Source of the DNA: Deltaproteobacteria bacterium
Lineage (GTDB): Bacteria > Myxococcota > Kuafuiibacteriia > Kuafuiibacteriales > Kuafuiibacteriaceae
DNA length: 64,000 bases
Assembly: GCA_040218735.1 (NCBI GenBank)
Contig: JAVJQW010000012.1
Location: 32,001-96,000, forward strand
Direction: 5' to 3'
Numbering within the stretch: the first letter of the stretch is position 1; every line of letters starts with the position of its first letter. Below, in pieces: positions 1 to 11,378 of this stretch. The translations under genes were made by a program, and so were the position numbers. The notes beneath the pieces were generated by a model. That model had not been told where the DNA came from. It ran no database searches and saw nothing but the letters and a program-made list of their open reading frames with translations.

Positions 1-2
1 GG

Positions 3-314
3 GAGCGTCGCGAGCGCGAGGACTGGGCGTTCGAGACGTCGGTGCTGATGCGCAACCGCTTCCTCGCGCACGAGTTCTACGAGGAGTACTACGGGCACGC
101 GATGCGGCGCTCGACGTGGAACAAGATCCTCCTCGAGTCGGACTTCATGGCGTTCTTCCGGACGAACATGTTCCGGCGCATCGTCCCCAACCTGCGTCGC
201 ATCGGCCTGCTCTCGGATCGGGTGCGGCCGTACTACGCGCAGATGGGTCTGCTCGTCTGGGAGAACGACAAGGCCGCGCCGGACCTCACGGCGGCGGACC
301 TGTTGGCCGCGTGA
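3..314 (+). CDS. 3' end of ferritin-like diiron (AurF-like) protein, truncated by window edge
   Basis: Frame open from window start: ERREREDWAFETSVLMRNRF...FRRIVPNLRRIGLL, resembling C-termini of AurF-like ferritin-fold proteins; stop overlaps next GTG. Confidence 0.55.
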   Translation, partial: ERREREDWAFETSVLMRNRFLAHEFYEEYYGHAMRRSTWNKILLESDFMAFFRTNMFRRIVPNLRRIGLLSDRVRPYYAQMGLLVWENDKAAPDLTAADLLAA

Positions 315-1114
315 GCCCCGCTCTGTTGCTGTTGCTCGCCGCCGCGCCCACGCGGCTGGCGGTGCTGCCCGTGCTGTCCGGCCCCGGCGTCACGGCGTCG
401 ATGGTGTTCTCGACGATCGACGACGCCGCCGCGCTGCGGACGGGCCTGCGGGTGATGTCCATCGACGACTACTTCTTCCACGAGGGCGGCGCCCTCGCGA
501 ACCGCGCGTTGGCGTGCGGGCAGGACACCGCATGCATCGGCGCGCAGCTCGAACCGTTCCAGGCGGACCTGGGGTTGGTGGTGGTGATCGACGTGGAGAT
601 CACGCCGCCGCTGTTGTCGCTGATCCTGATCGACACGAAGAAACGCGAGGTCGTCGACGAGCACTACGCGCAGGTCGAGGGGGATCGCGAAGCGTTGTTC
701 TCGCGTCTGAGAGCGGAGAGCGGCGCGATGCTGGACCGGCGGGGGTACGCGCGCTCGGGGCGCCTCTTGGTGCGGACCACCCCGGCGAAGGCCGAGGTGA
801 AGATCGCGGGCCAGCGCGCGGACATCGGCACGCCGAACCAGTTCACGCTGCCGCCCGGGACGTACGCGGTCGAGGCGTCGGCGGAGGGCTACGAGGCCGC
901 GTCGGGGAACGCGGTGGTCACGTCCGGCGCGACGACGGAGCTGCCGCTCTCGCTCGCACCGATGACGTCGTTCTTGGACTCGCCCTGGCCGTGGATCGTA
1001 GGCGCGACGGTGGTGGTCGGCGCGGCGGTCGCGGTCGGCGTCGCGGCCGGTTCGACGACCGAGGCGTGCGTTTGTTTCGTCACGGCGGACGTGGCGTGTG
1101 CGTGCCCGCGGTAG
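311..1114 (+). CDS. PEGA-domain exported protein with C-terminal hydrophobic anchor
   Basis: GTG overlapping upstream TGA; signal-like LLLLLAAA; PEGA pattern LLVRTTPAKAEVKIAG...GTP...LPPGTYAVEASAEGYE; C-terminal WPWIVGATVVVGAAVAVG. Confidence 0.75.
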   Translation: MSPALLLLLAAAPTRLAVLPVLSGPGVTASMVFSTIDDAAALRTGLRVMSIDDYFFHEGGALANRALACGQDTACIGAQLEPFQADLGLVVVIDVEITPPLLSLILIDTKKREVVDEHYAQVEGDREALFSRLRAESGAMLDRRGYARSGRLLVRTTPAKAEVKIAGQRADIGTPNQFTLPPGTYAVEASAEGYEAASGNAVVTSGATTELPLSLAPMTSFLDSPWPWIVGATVVVGAAVAVGVAAGSTTEACVCFVTADVACACPR

Positions 1115-1338
1115 CCGCCGGTCCCGGTCCCGGTCCCATTCCCATTCACCTTCCCCGACCCCCGTTTCGACGCTCCCGTTCCCGGTACGCGGGTCCCTTC
1201 CCCTCGAGCGCCCGCACGTCCCGTTCGATCCGATCGAGCTGCGCATCGACCTTCGGCGAGGCCGGCGCGGTCTTCACCATCGACACCTGCGCTAGCAGCC
1301 GCGCGACGCACGTCCGGGTGTCGCGCGGGTTGCGTCGT

Positions 1339-3393
<2,055 letters not shown>

Positions 3394-3411
3394 GCCCGGA
3401 TAGCGTAGCAG

Positions 3412-4275
3412 CTACGGCCGCGCCATGAGTCGGACCTCGGCGCCCGCCAGCGCGACCGAGAGGAACGACCGAACGAACGCCGCGATCTGCTGCAGCACAA
3501 ACGCCACCACGACCAGCCCCGCGTTCGTCCGCGCGATGCGGACGTCGACCAGCGAGAACAGAAGCGTCACGACTACCGCGAGGACCACGAACGGCAGATA
3601 CACCGCCAGCACGCGCAGCGGCGCGCGCCCCGCCGCCGCCACCCCACGCACGAACGCGTAACGCGCGCGGTGCTCGCCCCGCGTGACCGCCTCGACCTTC
3701 ATCAGGTCGTACGCGCCGTTCGCCCAGGACAGCACCAGGCCGATCACGAAGAACCCCAGCCACCGCGTGAGCGCGACGCCCTGCTCCGAGACCCAGTCCT
3801 CCGTGAGCTTCTTCTGGCCGAGCATCACGAGCGCGCCCACGACCCCGACCACCAGCAGCGAAAATCCCACGCCCAACGGGAACAGCCGCATCAGCCGACC
3901 GAACCCTCGACCGCCCGCCGCGAACAGCTCGTTCGTCCGCAGCGGCACGTCGGCGTTTACCGTCGACAGGACACCCCCCGTGAGGAACGCGGAGATCGCG
4001 ACCCAGAAGACCAGCCCCCCGAGCAACATCGGGCCGAACAACGCGAGCGCGTCGGCGCGGTCGAACAGCAGCTCGGCCCACAGCTGGACGTCGAGCCCCG
4101 CCGCGAAACGCTCCGCCTCCAGGCTCGACGCGAAGTACCCGTCGACCAGCGCCCCGAACGCGAGCGCGACCGGGAGCGCCGCGACGAACGACGCCACGTA
4201 GCGCCACGTCACCGCCGCGAGGTTCTCGCGCGCGGACGCCAAGCCGCGGCGCACGAGCTCGACGGAGCGCGTCAC
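3412..4275 (-). CDS. Multi-pass membrane protein coupled to M1 peptidase
   Basis: About six hydrophobic segments; start overlaps peptidase stop. Confidence 0.75.
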   Translation of the reverse strand: MTRSVELVRRGLASARENLAAVTWRYVASFVAALPVALAFGALVDGYFASSLEAERFAAGLDVQLWAELLFDRADALALFGPMLLGGLVFWVAISAFLTGGVLSTVNADVPLRTNELFAAGGRGFGRLMRLFPLGVGFSLLVVGVVGALVMLGQKKLTEDWVSEQGVALTRWLGFFVIGLVLSWANGAYDLMKVEAVTRGEHRARYAFVRGVAAAGRAPLRVLAVYLPFVVLAVVVTLLFSLVDVRIARTNAGLVVVAFVLQQIAAFVRSFLSVALAGAEVRLMARP

Positions 4276-6335
4276 AACAGCCCCCCGAGCACCTGCAACA
4301 CGGTCTGCACGACGTAGAGCGCGCTCGTCCCCCAGCTCCCCGCGGCGAGGTGTGACTTCTTGCGGCGGCGGCTGTCGTTCGTCCGGCGGAGATCGAGCTG
4401 CTGCTCACCGTCGGGGTGAAGCCGCGCCGACACCGCGCGCGACTGGGTCTCGAGCTCGAAGCGCTTCCAGCGGTAGGCGCCGTCCCACTCGAGGCGCTGC
4501 GTCGTGTCGTCCTCGAACGCCACTTCGATCGTCACGGGGAAGTCGACCGAGGTCTCGCGCCGCACGAAGATCTCCGTGACGTAGACGTCCTCCTCCTCGT
4601 CCTTCACGTCGTCCTTGTCGACGGTGCGCCGTTCGCCCTCCTCGTCGAACACCCCGGCCGCGACCTTCTTCTTCTTCGAAGAGAACTTGGTGATCGCGTA
4701 GTCGACGTAGTCCGGCGTGAACAACGCGCGTCGCGTGAAGTCGTCGAGCGACGCGCCGTGCACCTCTTCGAGGACCTTCACGAAGTCCGCGGTCGTCGGG
4801 TGCCGGAATCGATACCGCTCCTGGTAGCGCCGCATCGCGCGGATGAGGTTCGCCTCGCCCATCACGTTCTCGAGCTGCCTGAGCGTCAACGCAGAGCGCG
4901 GGTAGTTGTTCATCCCGTACGAGCCGTCGGACTCGTACGCCCACGACCGCCGCACGAGCGCGTCGCGATCTCCGCCGAGCATCGTGCCGATTCGCGCCAC
5001 GTCCATCGGCGACGTCGTCACGGACGAAAACCACGGCGTCAGCGGCAACCCACCGATGCTCGGCACGCGCACGAAGGGCCCGAAGGCGGCGTCGACGACC
5101 TTGCCCGTCGAGTAGGTGTTGAGCCCTTCGTCGAGCCACGCCTCCTCGAACTCGTTCGAGCCGACGAGCCCGTACCAGTACTGGTGCCCGAACTCGTGGA
5201 TCGTCACGTTCTCGGGGCGCCCGCTCCCGTCCGGCGAAGGCCAGCGCACGCCGCCGGTGATCAACGTCGGATACTCCATGCCCATCGCGCCATTCGCGCC
5301 GCGTGGGCCGTCGACGACGGTGAGCACCGGGTACGGATAGGCGCCGTACCACAGGCCGAACCACTTCAGCGCGGCGAACGTCGCCGCGAAGTAACGCTCC
5401 GCGTACTGCGCATGCTCCGGTTGGATCAGGAGGCGAACGTCGACGTCCTTCAGCGCGAGCGCGTCCGGCGCGAGGCCGAGCTTCTTCGCGACGCGATCGA
5501 CGTCCGCGGGATCGATCGCGCTCGCGTCGAACTTCCGCTCGATCACCTCGAACCGCGAGTCCGCCGTCCACGCGAAGTCGTGTACGTCTTCGATGACGTG
5601 GGTGTGGACCACGCGCCCGTCGGCGCGCTTCGTGTCGACGCGCCGGCCGCTCGCGCCGACGACGTAGCCTTCGGGCACGTCGATCGTGACCGAGAAGCGC
5701 CCGTAGTCCGCGAAGTACTCACTCGTCGCGTGGTACTGGTGGCAGTTCCAGCGCGGCTCACCGACGGTGCCCGTGACGGTCTCCTGGAGCACGCCAATCT
5801 TCGGGAACCACTGCGCGACCATGTGAAACGATCCCGAGAACCCGGAGCGCGCGAAGACCTTCGGGAGCTGGGAGACGAACGCGAAGTCGACCGCGATGGT
5901 CTCCCCCGGCGACACCTCGAACGGCAGCGGGGTCTCGAGCACCGTCTCGTCGTCGACGTTGCCGTCGTCCGGTTGGATGAACCGCGCGTTCTCGAGCAGG
6001 TCCGCCCGGCCGCCGTCCGGCAGGTGGGCCTGCATCGACTTCACGTCGATGTGCCCCCAGTTCTCGCGATCGAACTCATCGCCCCGGAGCGATCCGAGGT
6101 CGGACTCCCGCATGAACGTGGTGCGGTCGTTCTTGAACGCGTTGAGGTAGAGGTGCCACGGAAGCGACCGAACCGACGCGAGGCCGTGGTGCGTCCAGCG
6201 CAGAGTGCCCCGTCCCTCGACGGTGTGGGTCACCGGATCGAGGCGGGCGCTGAGGTCGTAGTCTACGGTCGCCGGAGCCCCCGAAGGCGCTCCGGCGAGC
6301 GAGGCCAAGAGCAGCGTGGCTGCCCAGGCCGTCAT
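4272..6335 (-). CDS. M1 family zinc metallopeptidase, exported
   Basis: Signal peptide MTAWAATLLLASLAG; GMEYP; HEFGHQYWYGLVGSNEFEEAWLDEG (HExxH-18-E). Confidence 0.9.
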   Translation of the reverse strand: MTAWAATLLLASLAGAPSGAPATVDYDLSARLDPVTHTVEGRGTLRWTHHGLASVRSLPWHLYLNAFKNDRTTFMRESDLGSLRGDEFDRENWGHIDVKSMQAHLPDGGRADLLENARFIQPDDGNVDDETVLETPLPFEVSPGETIAVDFAFVSQLPKVFARSGFSGSFHMVAQWFPKIGVLQETVTGTVGEPRWNCHQYHATSEYFADYGRFSVTIDVPEGYVVGASGRRVDTKRADGRVVHTHVIEDVHDFAWTADSRFEVIERKFDASAIDPADVDRVAKKLGLAPDALALKDVDVRLLIQPEHAQYAERYFAATFAALKWFGLWYGAYPYPVLTVVDGPRGANGAMGMEYPTLITGGVRWPSPDGSGRPENVTIHEFGHQYWYGLVGSNEFEEAWLDEGLNTYSTGKVVDAAFGPFVRVPSIGGLPLTPWFSSVTTSPMDVARIGTMLGGDRDALVRRSWAYESDGSYGMNNYPRSALTLRQLENVMGEANLIRAMRRYQERYRFRHPTTADFVKVLEEVHGASLDDFTRRALFTPDYVDYAITKFSSKKKKVAAGVFDEEGERRTVDKDDVKDEEEDVYVTEIFVRRETSVDFPVTIEVAFEDDTTQRLEWDGAYRWKRFELETQSRAVSARLHPDGEQQLDLRRTNDSRRRKKSHLAAGSWGTSALYVVQTVLQVLGGLL

Positions 6336-6336
6336 G

Positions 6337-6570
6337 TCAGCTCTGCTTGCATTCCTTCGCGCACTCGTCGCGAGCCACGCCGCAGGCGACCTTGCAGGCG
6401 TCCTGGTCGGCTTCCTCGCTGCACTTGTTGATGCACTCGGTCTTGGCCTCGTCGCAGGACGTGTTGCACGCTTCCTTCTTCGCACCGGACTTCACGTCCG
6501 CCATCGTGCTGCTCTTACAGCCACCCGCGAGGGCGCCGAGAACGAAACAAATCATGGTGATCTTACGCAT
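6337..6570 (-). CDS. Small lipoprotein with four CxxxC motifs
   Basis: Lipobox-like LAGGC; CNTSC..CINKC..CKVAC..CAKEC; abuts M1 peptidase start. Confidence 0.7.
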   Translation of the reverse strand: MRKITMICFVLGALAGGCKSSTMADVKSGAKKEACNTSCDEAKTECINKCSEEADQDACKVACGVARDECAKECKQS

Positions 6571-6640
6571 CGCCCAGCGCTCTACACCGACCTGAGGTTT
6601 CTCGCCACAGCGACCGAAAAATAGAGGATACTCCCGCGCC

Positions 6641-8098
6641 GTGACTCGACTGTCCCTCGCCAAAGACCTCAAGAGCGCCCTCAAGGGCGCCGACTTCGTG
6701 CTCGTCGTCGCGCCGAAGAAGACCCTCGACAAGAAGCGACTCCCGAAGCTGCTGCCGCCCAAAGCGCAGAAGACGCTCGGCGATCTCGGCAAGCTCGTCA
6801 GCCCCGGAGACCTCGGCGCCTCGATGTCGAGCCTGACGTTCGGTACGCCCGGTTGGGTCGCCGCCGGCGCCCTCCCCGACACGCTCTCGCGCTACAACGC
6901 GCCGTCACGGGCCGAGGCGATTACGAAAGTCGTGTCCGGTGCATCGTTCGGTGATGCGAAGAAACCGGCCATCATCGTGATCCTCGACGACGAAGCGCAC
7001 CACGTCGCCGCCGCCAACGCGGTGGGCCGCGCGCTCCCGATCTTCGACGCCCGTAGCAAGGGCCGCCGCGCCGTCCGGGCCCAGCTCGCGATGGTCGACA
7101 CCTCCGGCGACTTCATCACGCCGTCGCCGATCGCGCGCGAGGTGCTCCGCTGCTCCCGCGAGTCCGCGGAGCTCGTCGACTCCCCGCCGACGGACATGAA
7201 CCCGCGTGAGCTCGCCGAGCGCGCCATCGGGTTCCTCGAAGGGGCAAACGTCTCCATCGAGACGATCGTCGGCGACGCGCTCCTCGAGCGCCGCCTCGGC
7301 GGCATCCACGGCGTCGGCCGCGCCGCGGTCGAAGCGCCGCGTCTCCTCATCGCGACCTACGAGCCGGAGAACAGCGACAGCAAGAAACACATCGCGCTCG
7401 TCGGTAAGGGCGTCACGTTCGACACCGGCGGCCTCCACATCAAGCCGCGCGGATCGATGGAGACGATGAAGTGCGACATGGGCGGCGCCGCGGCGGTGCT
7501 CGGCGCGTTCCGCGTGCTCGTGAAGACCGGCTGCCCGCACAAAGTGTCGCTGTTGATGTGCCTCGCGGAGAACTCGGTCGACAGCCGCTCGTTCAAGCCG
7601 GACGACATCCTCACGCTGCACAGCAAGCGCACCGTGGAGATCAACAACACGGACGCCGAGGGCCGGCTGCTGCTGGGCGACGGCGTCAGCTACGCCGCGC
7701 GCGAGCTGAAGGCCACGCACGTGATCAACGCAGCGACGCTCACCGGCGCGCAGATGATCGCGACGGGCGCCGCGCACGCCGCGGTGGTCAGCAACGACGG
7801 CGACCTCGAGAAACACTTCGTCGAGTCGGGCTTCGCGACCGGCGACCTCGTGCACCCGCTGATCTTCGCGCCCGAGCTCTACAAGCAGGAGTTCTCGAGC
7901 AAGGTCGCCGACATGAAGAACTCGGTGAAGAACCGCGCCAACGCGCAGAGCAGCTGCGCCGCGCAGTTCGTCTACAACCACATCGAGGACACGAAGGTCG
8001 GCTGGGTCCACATCGACCTCGCCGGCCCGAGCTTCCGCGGCGAACGCGGCACCGGCTTCGGCGTCGCGCTCATCTCCGACGCCGTCCGGCGCCTGTAG
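6641..8098 (+). CDS. M17 leucyl aminopeptidase, NPEPL1-like
   Basis: GKGVTFDTGG, MKCDMGG, NTDAEGRL, ATLTGA. Confidence 0.93.
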   Translation: MTRLSLAKDLKSALKGADFVLVVAPKKTLDKKRLPKLLPPKAQKTLGDLGKLVSPGDLGASMSSLTFGTPGWVAAGALPDTLSRYNAPSRAEAITKVVSGASFGDAKKPAIIVILDDEAHHVAAANAVGRALPIFDARSKGRRAVRAQLAMVDTSGDFITPSPIAREVLRCSRESAELVDSPPTDMNPRELAERAIGFLEGANVSIETIVGDALLERRLGGIHGVGRAAVEAPRLLIATYEPENSDSKKHIALVGKGVTFDTGGLHIKPRGSMETMKCDMGGAAAVLGAFRVLVKTGCPHKVSLLMCLAENSVDSRSFKPDDILTLHSKRTVEINNTDAEGRLLLGDGVSYAARELKATHVINAATLTGAQMIATGAAHAAVVSNDGDLEKHFVESGFATGDLVHPLIFAPELYKQEFSSKVADMKNSVKNRANAQSSCAAQFVYNHIEDTKVGWVHIDLAGPSFRGERGTGFGVALISDAVRRL

Positions 8099-8203
8099 TC
8101 CGCGCGCTCGCCACGTACGGCCACACCCGTGCGGCTGCGCCACGCCGCAGCCGCGTCCCACCACGGGCACGTCCCTGGCACATCCTCTGCACGTTCCGTC
8201 GGC

Positions 8204-8644
8204 ATGATGAAGAACATGCAGCGACGATGGATTACGCGCTTCCTGGGCCTAGCGGGTGTCGGAGCCCTCGCCTCCGCCTCGTTTGCCTGCACGCCGAAGA
8301 GCGACCTCGAAAAGGCCGCCGAGCTGATGGAGGACGTGCACGAGGACAGGACGGAGCGCGCCGCCGAGACCCAGGAGGACCTCAACGAGCTCCGCACCGC
8401 CGTCGTCTACGACGACCGCGAGGCCGAGCTGTTCAGCCTCGAGAAGCGCCTCGAAGCGATCGACGACCGCGCGGAGGCATCGAAGCTGAGCGAGGCCGAC
8501 GCCGCGCACTTCGAGCGGCTCGAAGACGAGACCGAAGACACCCTCGAAGCGCTGAGCGTTCGCGACGACGACTACGCGATCAAGGCCGCCTACGTCGCCG
8601 ACAACCTCGAGTTGCTCGAAGCGATCGTCGACCGCGCGTCCTGA
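8204..8644 (+). CDS. Helical lipoprotein, unknown function
   Basis: Signal ending SFAC; acidic coiled-coil-like body; GC3-biased codons. Confidence 0.65.
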   Translation: MMKNMQRRWITRFLGLAGVGALASASFACTPKSDLEKAAELMEDVHEDRTERAAETQEDLNELRTAVVYDDREAELFSLEKRLEAIDDRAEASKLSEADAAHFERLEDETEDTLEALSVRDDDYAIKAAYVADNLELLEAIVDRAS

Positions 8645-8653
8645 TTCAGCCGC

Positions 8654-9757
8654 TCAGGGCGGTCCGCACACCGCGCTGCCGTCGGCCAGGCGCACACACG
8701 TGAGGCCCGGCACCGACGCGCAGTCGGCGGCGCTCGCGCAGGGGATCGTGCAGAACGCGCCGCCGGTGCGCGCGTCGTGCAGGCACAGCCCGTTCGCGCA
8801 GCCCGACGCGCCGGCGCAGGCGTCGCCGAACTGACCGCCCACCGATCCGGCGGGCGCGCAGATCTGGACGACGCCGCCGGCGCCGTCGTCGACCGCCGCG
8901 CAGGTGTACCCGGTCGGGCACGGGATTTGGTCGCAGAACGTCGTGCACACGCCCGTCGCGGAGCCCGCGACGCCGACACACAGCGAGGTCTGGCAGTCCG
9001 CCGCACGTGTGCACGACGAGCCGAACCCGCCGCCCGTCCCCGGGATGCACACCGGCTCGGCGCCGCCCATCCCGTCGGGGAGCGGTTGGCAGACGAAGTT
9101 CGGCGGGCACGCCGGCAGCGGTGAGCAGCGCTCCGAGCAGAACGGATCGGCGCTCGGGCGCGCGATGCAGATCTCACCGGCGCAGTCGGATGCCCCGTTC
9201 GGGCAGATCGCCCCGGTCGGCAGGCCGGCGTTCACCGACGCGCAGAAGAAGCCGGCGCCCGGCACCTCCTCGCAGGTGTCCGGCCGAACGCAGTCGAGAT
9301 CTTGCGTGCAGGGGATCGTGCAGCGCCCGCTCATCGAGGCCGCATCGCCGACGCAGTACGTGGAAGCGCACTCCGATCCGCGCGCGCACGCGGCGCCGTA
9401 CGGCAGCCCCATCGGCGTCCCGCCGTCGACGGGGCTCACGCCGCCGTCGCGGGGCGCCGCCGACGGGCCACCGTCGCGCACTTGCACGGAGACCGCGGCG
9501 CACAGACCGTTCACGCAGGTCTGCGCCGGGCCGCAGTCCGTCACCCGCGCGCAAAGGCGCGTCGAAGGACCGGGGTCGATGCACAGGCTCTGCTGACAGA
9601 TCTGCGGCGTCGGACAGTCGCGATCCTCACGACACTCCGGGACACACGCCCCGTCGTCGCAGAGCTCGTTCGCGGGACAGTCGCTGTTCAGCCGACACTC
9701 GACCTCGACCGGGTCGGCGCACGCACCCACGAGCAGAAGCCAGACGAACCGCCGCAC
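8654..9757 (-). CDS. Cys-rich repeat lipoprotein (myxobacterial type)
   Basis: Lipobox LVGAC; repeated G..C....C....C modules; DGG linker. Confidence 0.8.
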   Translation of the reverse strand: MRRFVWLLLVGACADPVEVECRLNSDCPANELCDDGACVPECREDRDCPTPQICQQSLCIDPGPSTRLCARVTDCGPAQTCVNGLCAAVSVQVRDGGPSAAPRDGGVSPVDGGTPMGLPYGAACARGSECASTYCVGDAASMSGRCTIPCTQDLDCVRPDTCEEVPGAGFFCASVNAGLPTGAICPNGASDCAGEICIARPSADPFCSERCSPLPACPPNFVCQPLPDGMGGAEPVCIPGTGGGFGSSCTRAADCQTSLCVGVAGSATGVCTTFCDQIPCPTGYTCAAVDDGAGGVVQICAPAGSVGGQFGDACAGASGCANGLCLHDARTGGAFCTIPCASAADCASVPGLTCVRLADGSAVCGPP

Positions 9758-9778
9758 CCGGGGAGTTTGGACCAAAAC

Positions 9779-10090
9779 TCAGTCGTCGTCGTCTTCGTCG
9801 ACATCCGCCGTATCGCGCTGAGCCGCGCGGGCCTCGGCGACTTCGAAGACGTCGATGGACTCCGTCTTCACCTGGTCGACCGCCTCGAGGATCTCCGACT
9901 TCGTAGGTCGCCGGAACTTCTCCAGCTTCTTGGACGCCTTGGAGTCGTCCCCGCGGTCCTCGTCCGTCATGTCGAGGGTCTTGTCCTGCGTGTCGTCGTC
10001 CCCGTCGAACGGCTCTTCGATGAGCGCCGTGGGGATCTCGGAGGGCTGCGTCGTGTCGCTGAGCGAGTTGGAGCGTCGAGGATGGGACAT
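9779..10090 (-). CDS. Small acidic hypothetical protein
   Basis: GC3-biased ORF filling the gap between same-strand genes; no recognisable motif. Confidence 0.5.
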   Translation of the reverse strand: MSHPRRSNSLSDTTQPSEIPTALIEEPFDGDDDTQDKTLDMTDEDRGDDSKASKKLEKFRRPTKSEILEAVDQVKTESIDVFEVAEARAAQRDTADVDEDDDD

Positions 10091-10146
10091 CGGTCGTCTG
10101 AGACTATCGGCCACCCGCGCCCGATTTGAAAACCCCGGCGATCCGA

Positions 10147-11310
10147 TCACACGAGGTGGAGCACCGTGATCTCCGCGGGTGCACCCAACCGCATCGGAGG
10201 GCCCCAGAACCCCGTCCCGCGGCTCACGTAGATCTGCGTGGTCGGATCATGATGATACAGGCCCGCGACGTACGGCGTCGTGAACCGCACGAACGCGGAC
10301 GCCGGCCAGAGCTGACCGCCGTGGGTGTGCCCCGACAGCTGCAGCCCCGCGCCCGCCTCCTCGGCGTAGCCGATCGACCGCGGCTGGTGCGCGAGCAGGA
10401 CGAGCTCCCGATCCGGATCCCGCCCCGCGACGATGTCGCGGACGTTCGGGCCGTGCCCCGGCGCCATGCCGTGAGAACGCTGATCGTCGATCCCCGCGAG
10501 GTCGAACGAAGCCGCGTCGCCGATCGACACGCGCTCGTTCCGCAGCGTCCGGATCCCGATCCGCCGCAGCTCGGCGAGCCACGGCTCCACGCCCGAGTAG
10601 TACTCGTGGTTCCCGGTCACGAAGAACTTGCCGTAGCGCGACTCGATGCGACCGAGCGGCGCCGTGTGGCGCGACAGCTCGCGCACGGATCCGTCGACGA
10701 GGTCGCCGGTGATCACGACGAGGTCCGGCTTCTCGGCGTTCACCTTGTCGACGATCGTCTTCATGAACTTCTCGCCGATCAGCGGTCCGACGTGGACGTC
10801 CGAGAGCTGCACGATCTTGAGCCCCGACAACGCCGGCGGCAGGCGCGACAGCTTCACCTCGAGCTCGCGCCGGTCGACGTCGCCGAGCGCGCTGCGCCCC
10901 GCCGGCACCGCGACGGCGCTCGTGAGCGCACCGGCGGTCACCGCAGCCCCCCGCGCGAGCAGCTCCCGCCGCCCCGCGAGGAGGTCCGTGCCGGTCGCCG
11001 CTTCCACGCCGAAGTTGAGGAGCTTCAGCAGATCCGCAGAGACGAGCACCAACCCGAGGTAGAGCAGCGACCCCATCCACGCGAAGCCGATCCCCGCGAG
11101 GAACCCACCGATCGTCCGCGGGACGAAGCGCGGCGCGATGGCGCCGGTCACGAGCAGCACCGCCATCAGCGCGACGAACATCAGCCCGAAGCGCTTGGCC
11201 TGCTCCGGCCAGTTCGGGTCCGCGAAGAGCCGCCGGTACAGATAGATGTGGGTGAGGACCGTCAGGATCGTCATGACCCCGAAGAACAGGGCAAAGGTCG
11301 CCGTACGCAC
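10147..11310 (-). CDS. Membrane metallophosphoesterase (YkuE/YaeI-like)
   Basis: N-terminal TMs; SDVH, TGDLVD, GNHE, LAHQP, SGHTHGGQ, SRGTG. Confidence 0.92.
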   Translation of the reverse strand: MRTATFALFFGVMTILTVLTHIYLYRRLFADPNWPEQAKRFGLMFVALMAVLLVTGAIAPRFVPRTIGGFLAGIGFAWMGSLLYLGLVLVSADLLKLLNFGVEAATGTDLLAGRRELLARGAAVTAGALTSAVAVPAGRSALGDVDRRELEVKLSRLPPALSGLKIVQLSDVHVGPLIGEKFMKTIVDKVNAEKPDLVVITGDLVDGSVRELSRHTAPLGRIESRYGKFFVTGNHEYYSGVEPWLAELRRIGIRTLRNERVSIGDAASFDLAGIDDQRSHGMAPGHGPNVRDIVAGRDPDRELVLLAHQPRSIGYAEEAGAGLQLSGHTHGGQLWPASAFVRFTTPYVAGLYHHDPTTQIYVSRGTGFWGPPMRLGAPAEITVLHLV

Positions 11311-11360
11311 CGATGTGAAGGTTACCAGCCGGGTCGAGGCTCTTTCGTTGTTTTGTGTTA

Positions 11361-11375
11361 ATTCGTCCGGCGAAT
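11361..11375. promoter_or_regulatory. Short inverted repeat in AT-rich divergent intergenic region; candidate operator
   Basis: ATTCG-TCCGG-CGAAT just before ATG 11379. Confidence 0.3.
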
Positions 11376-11378
11376 GCC

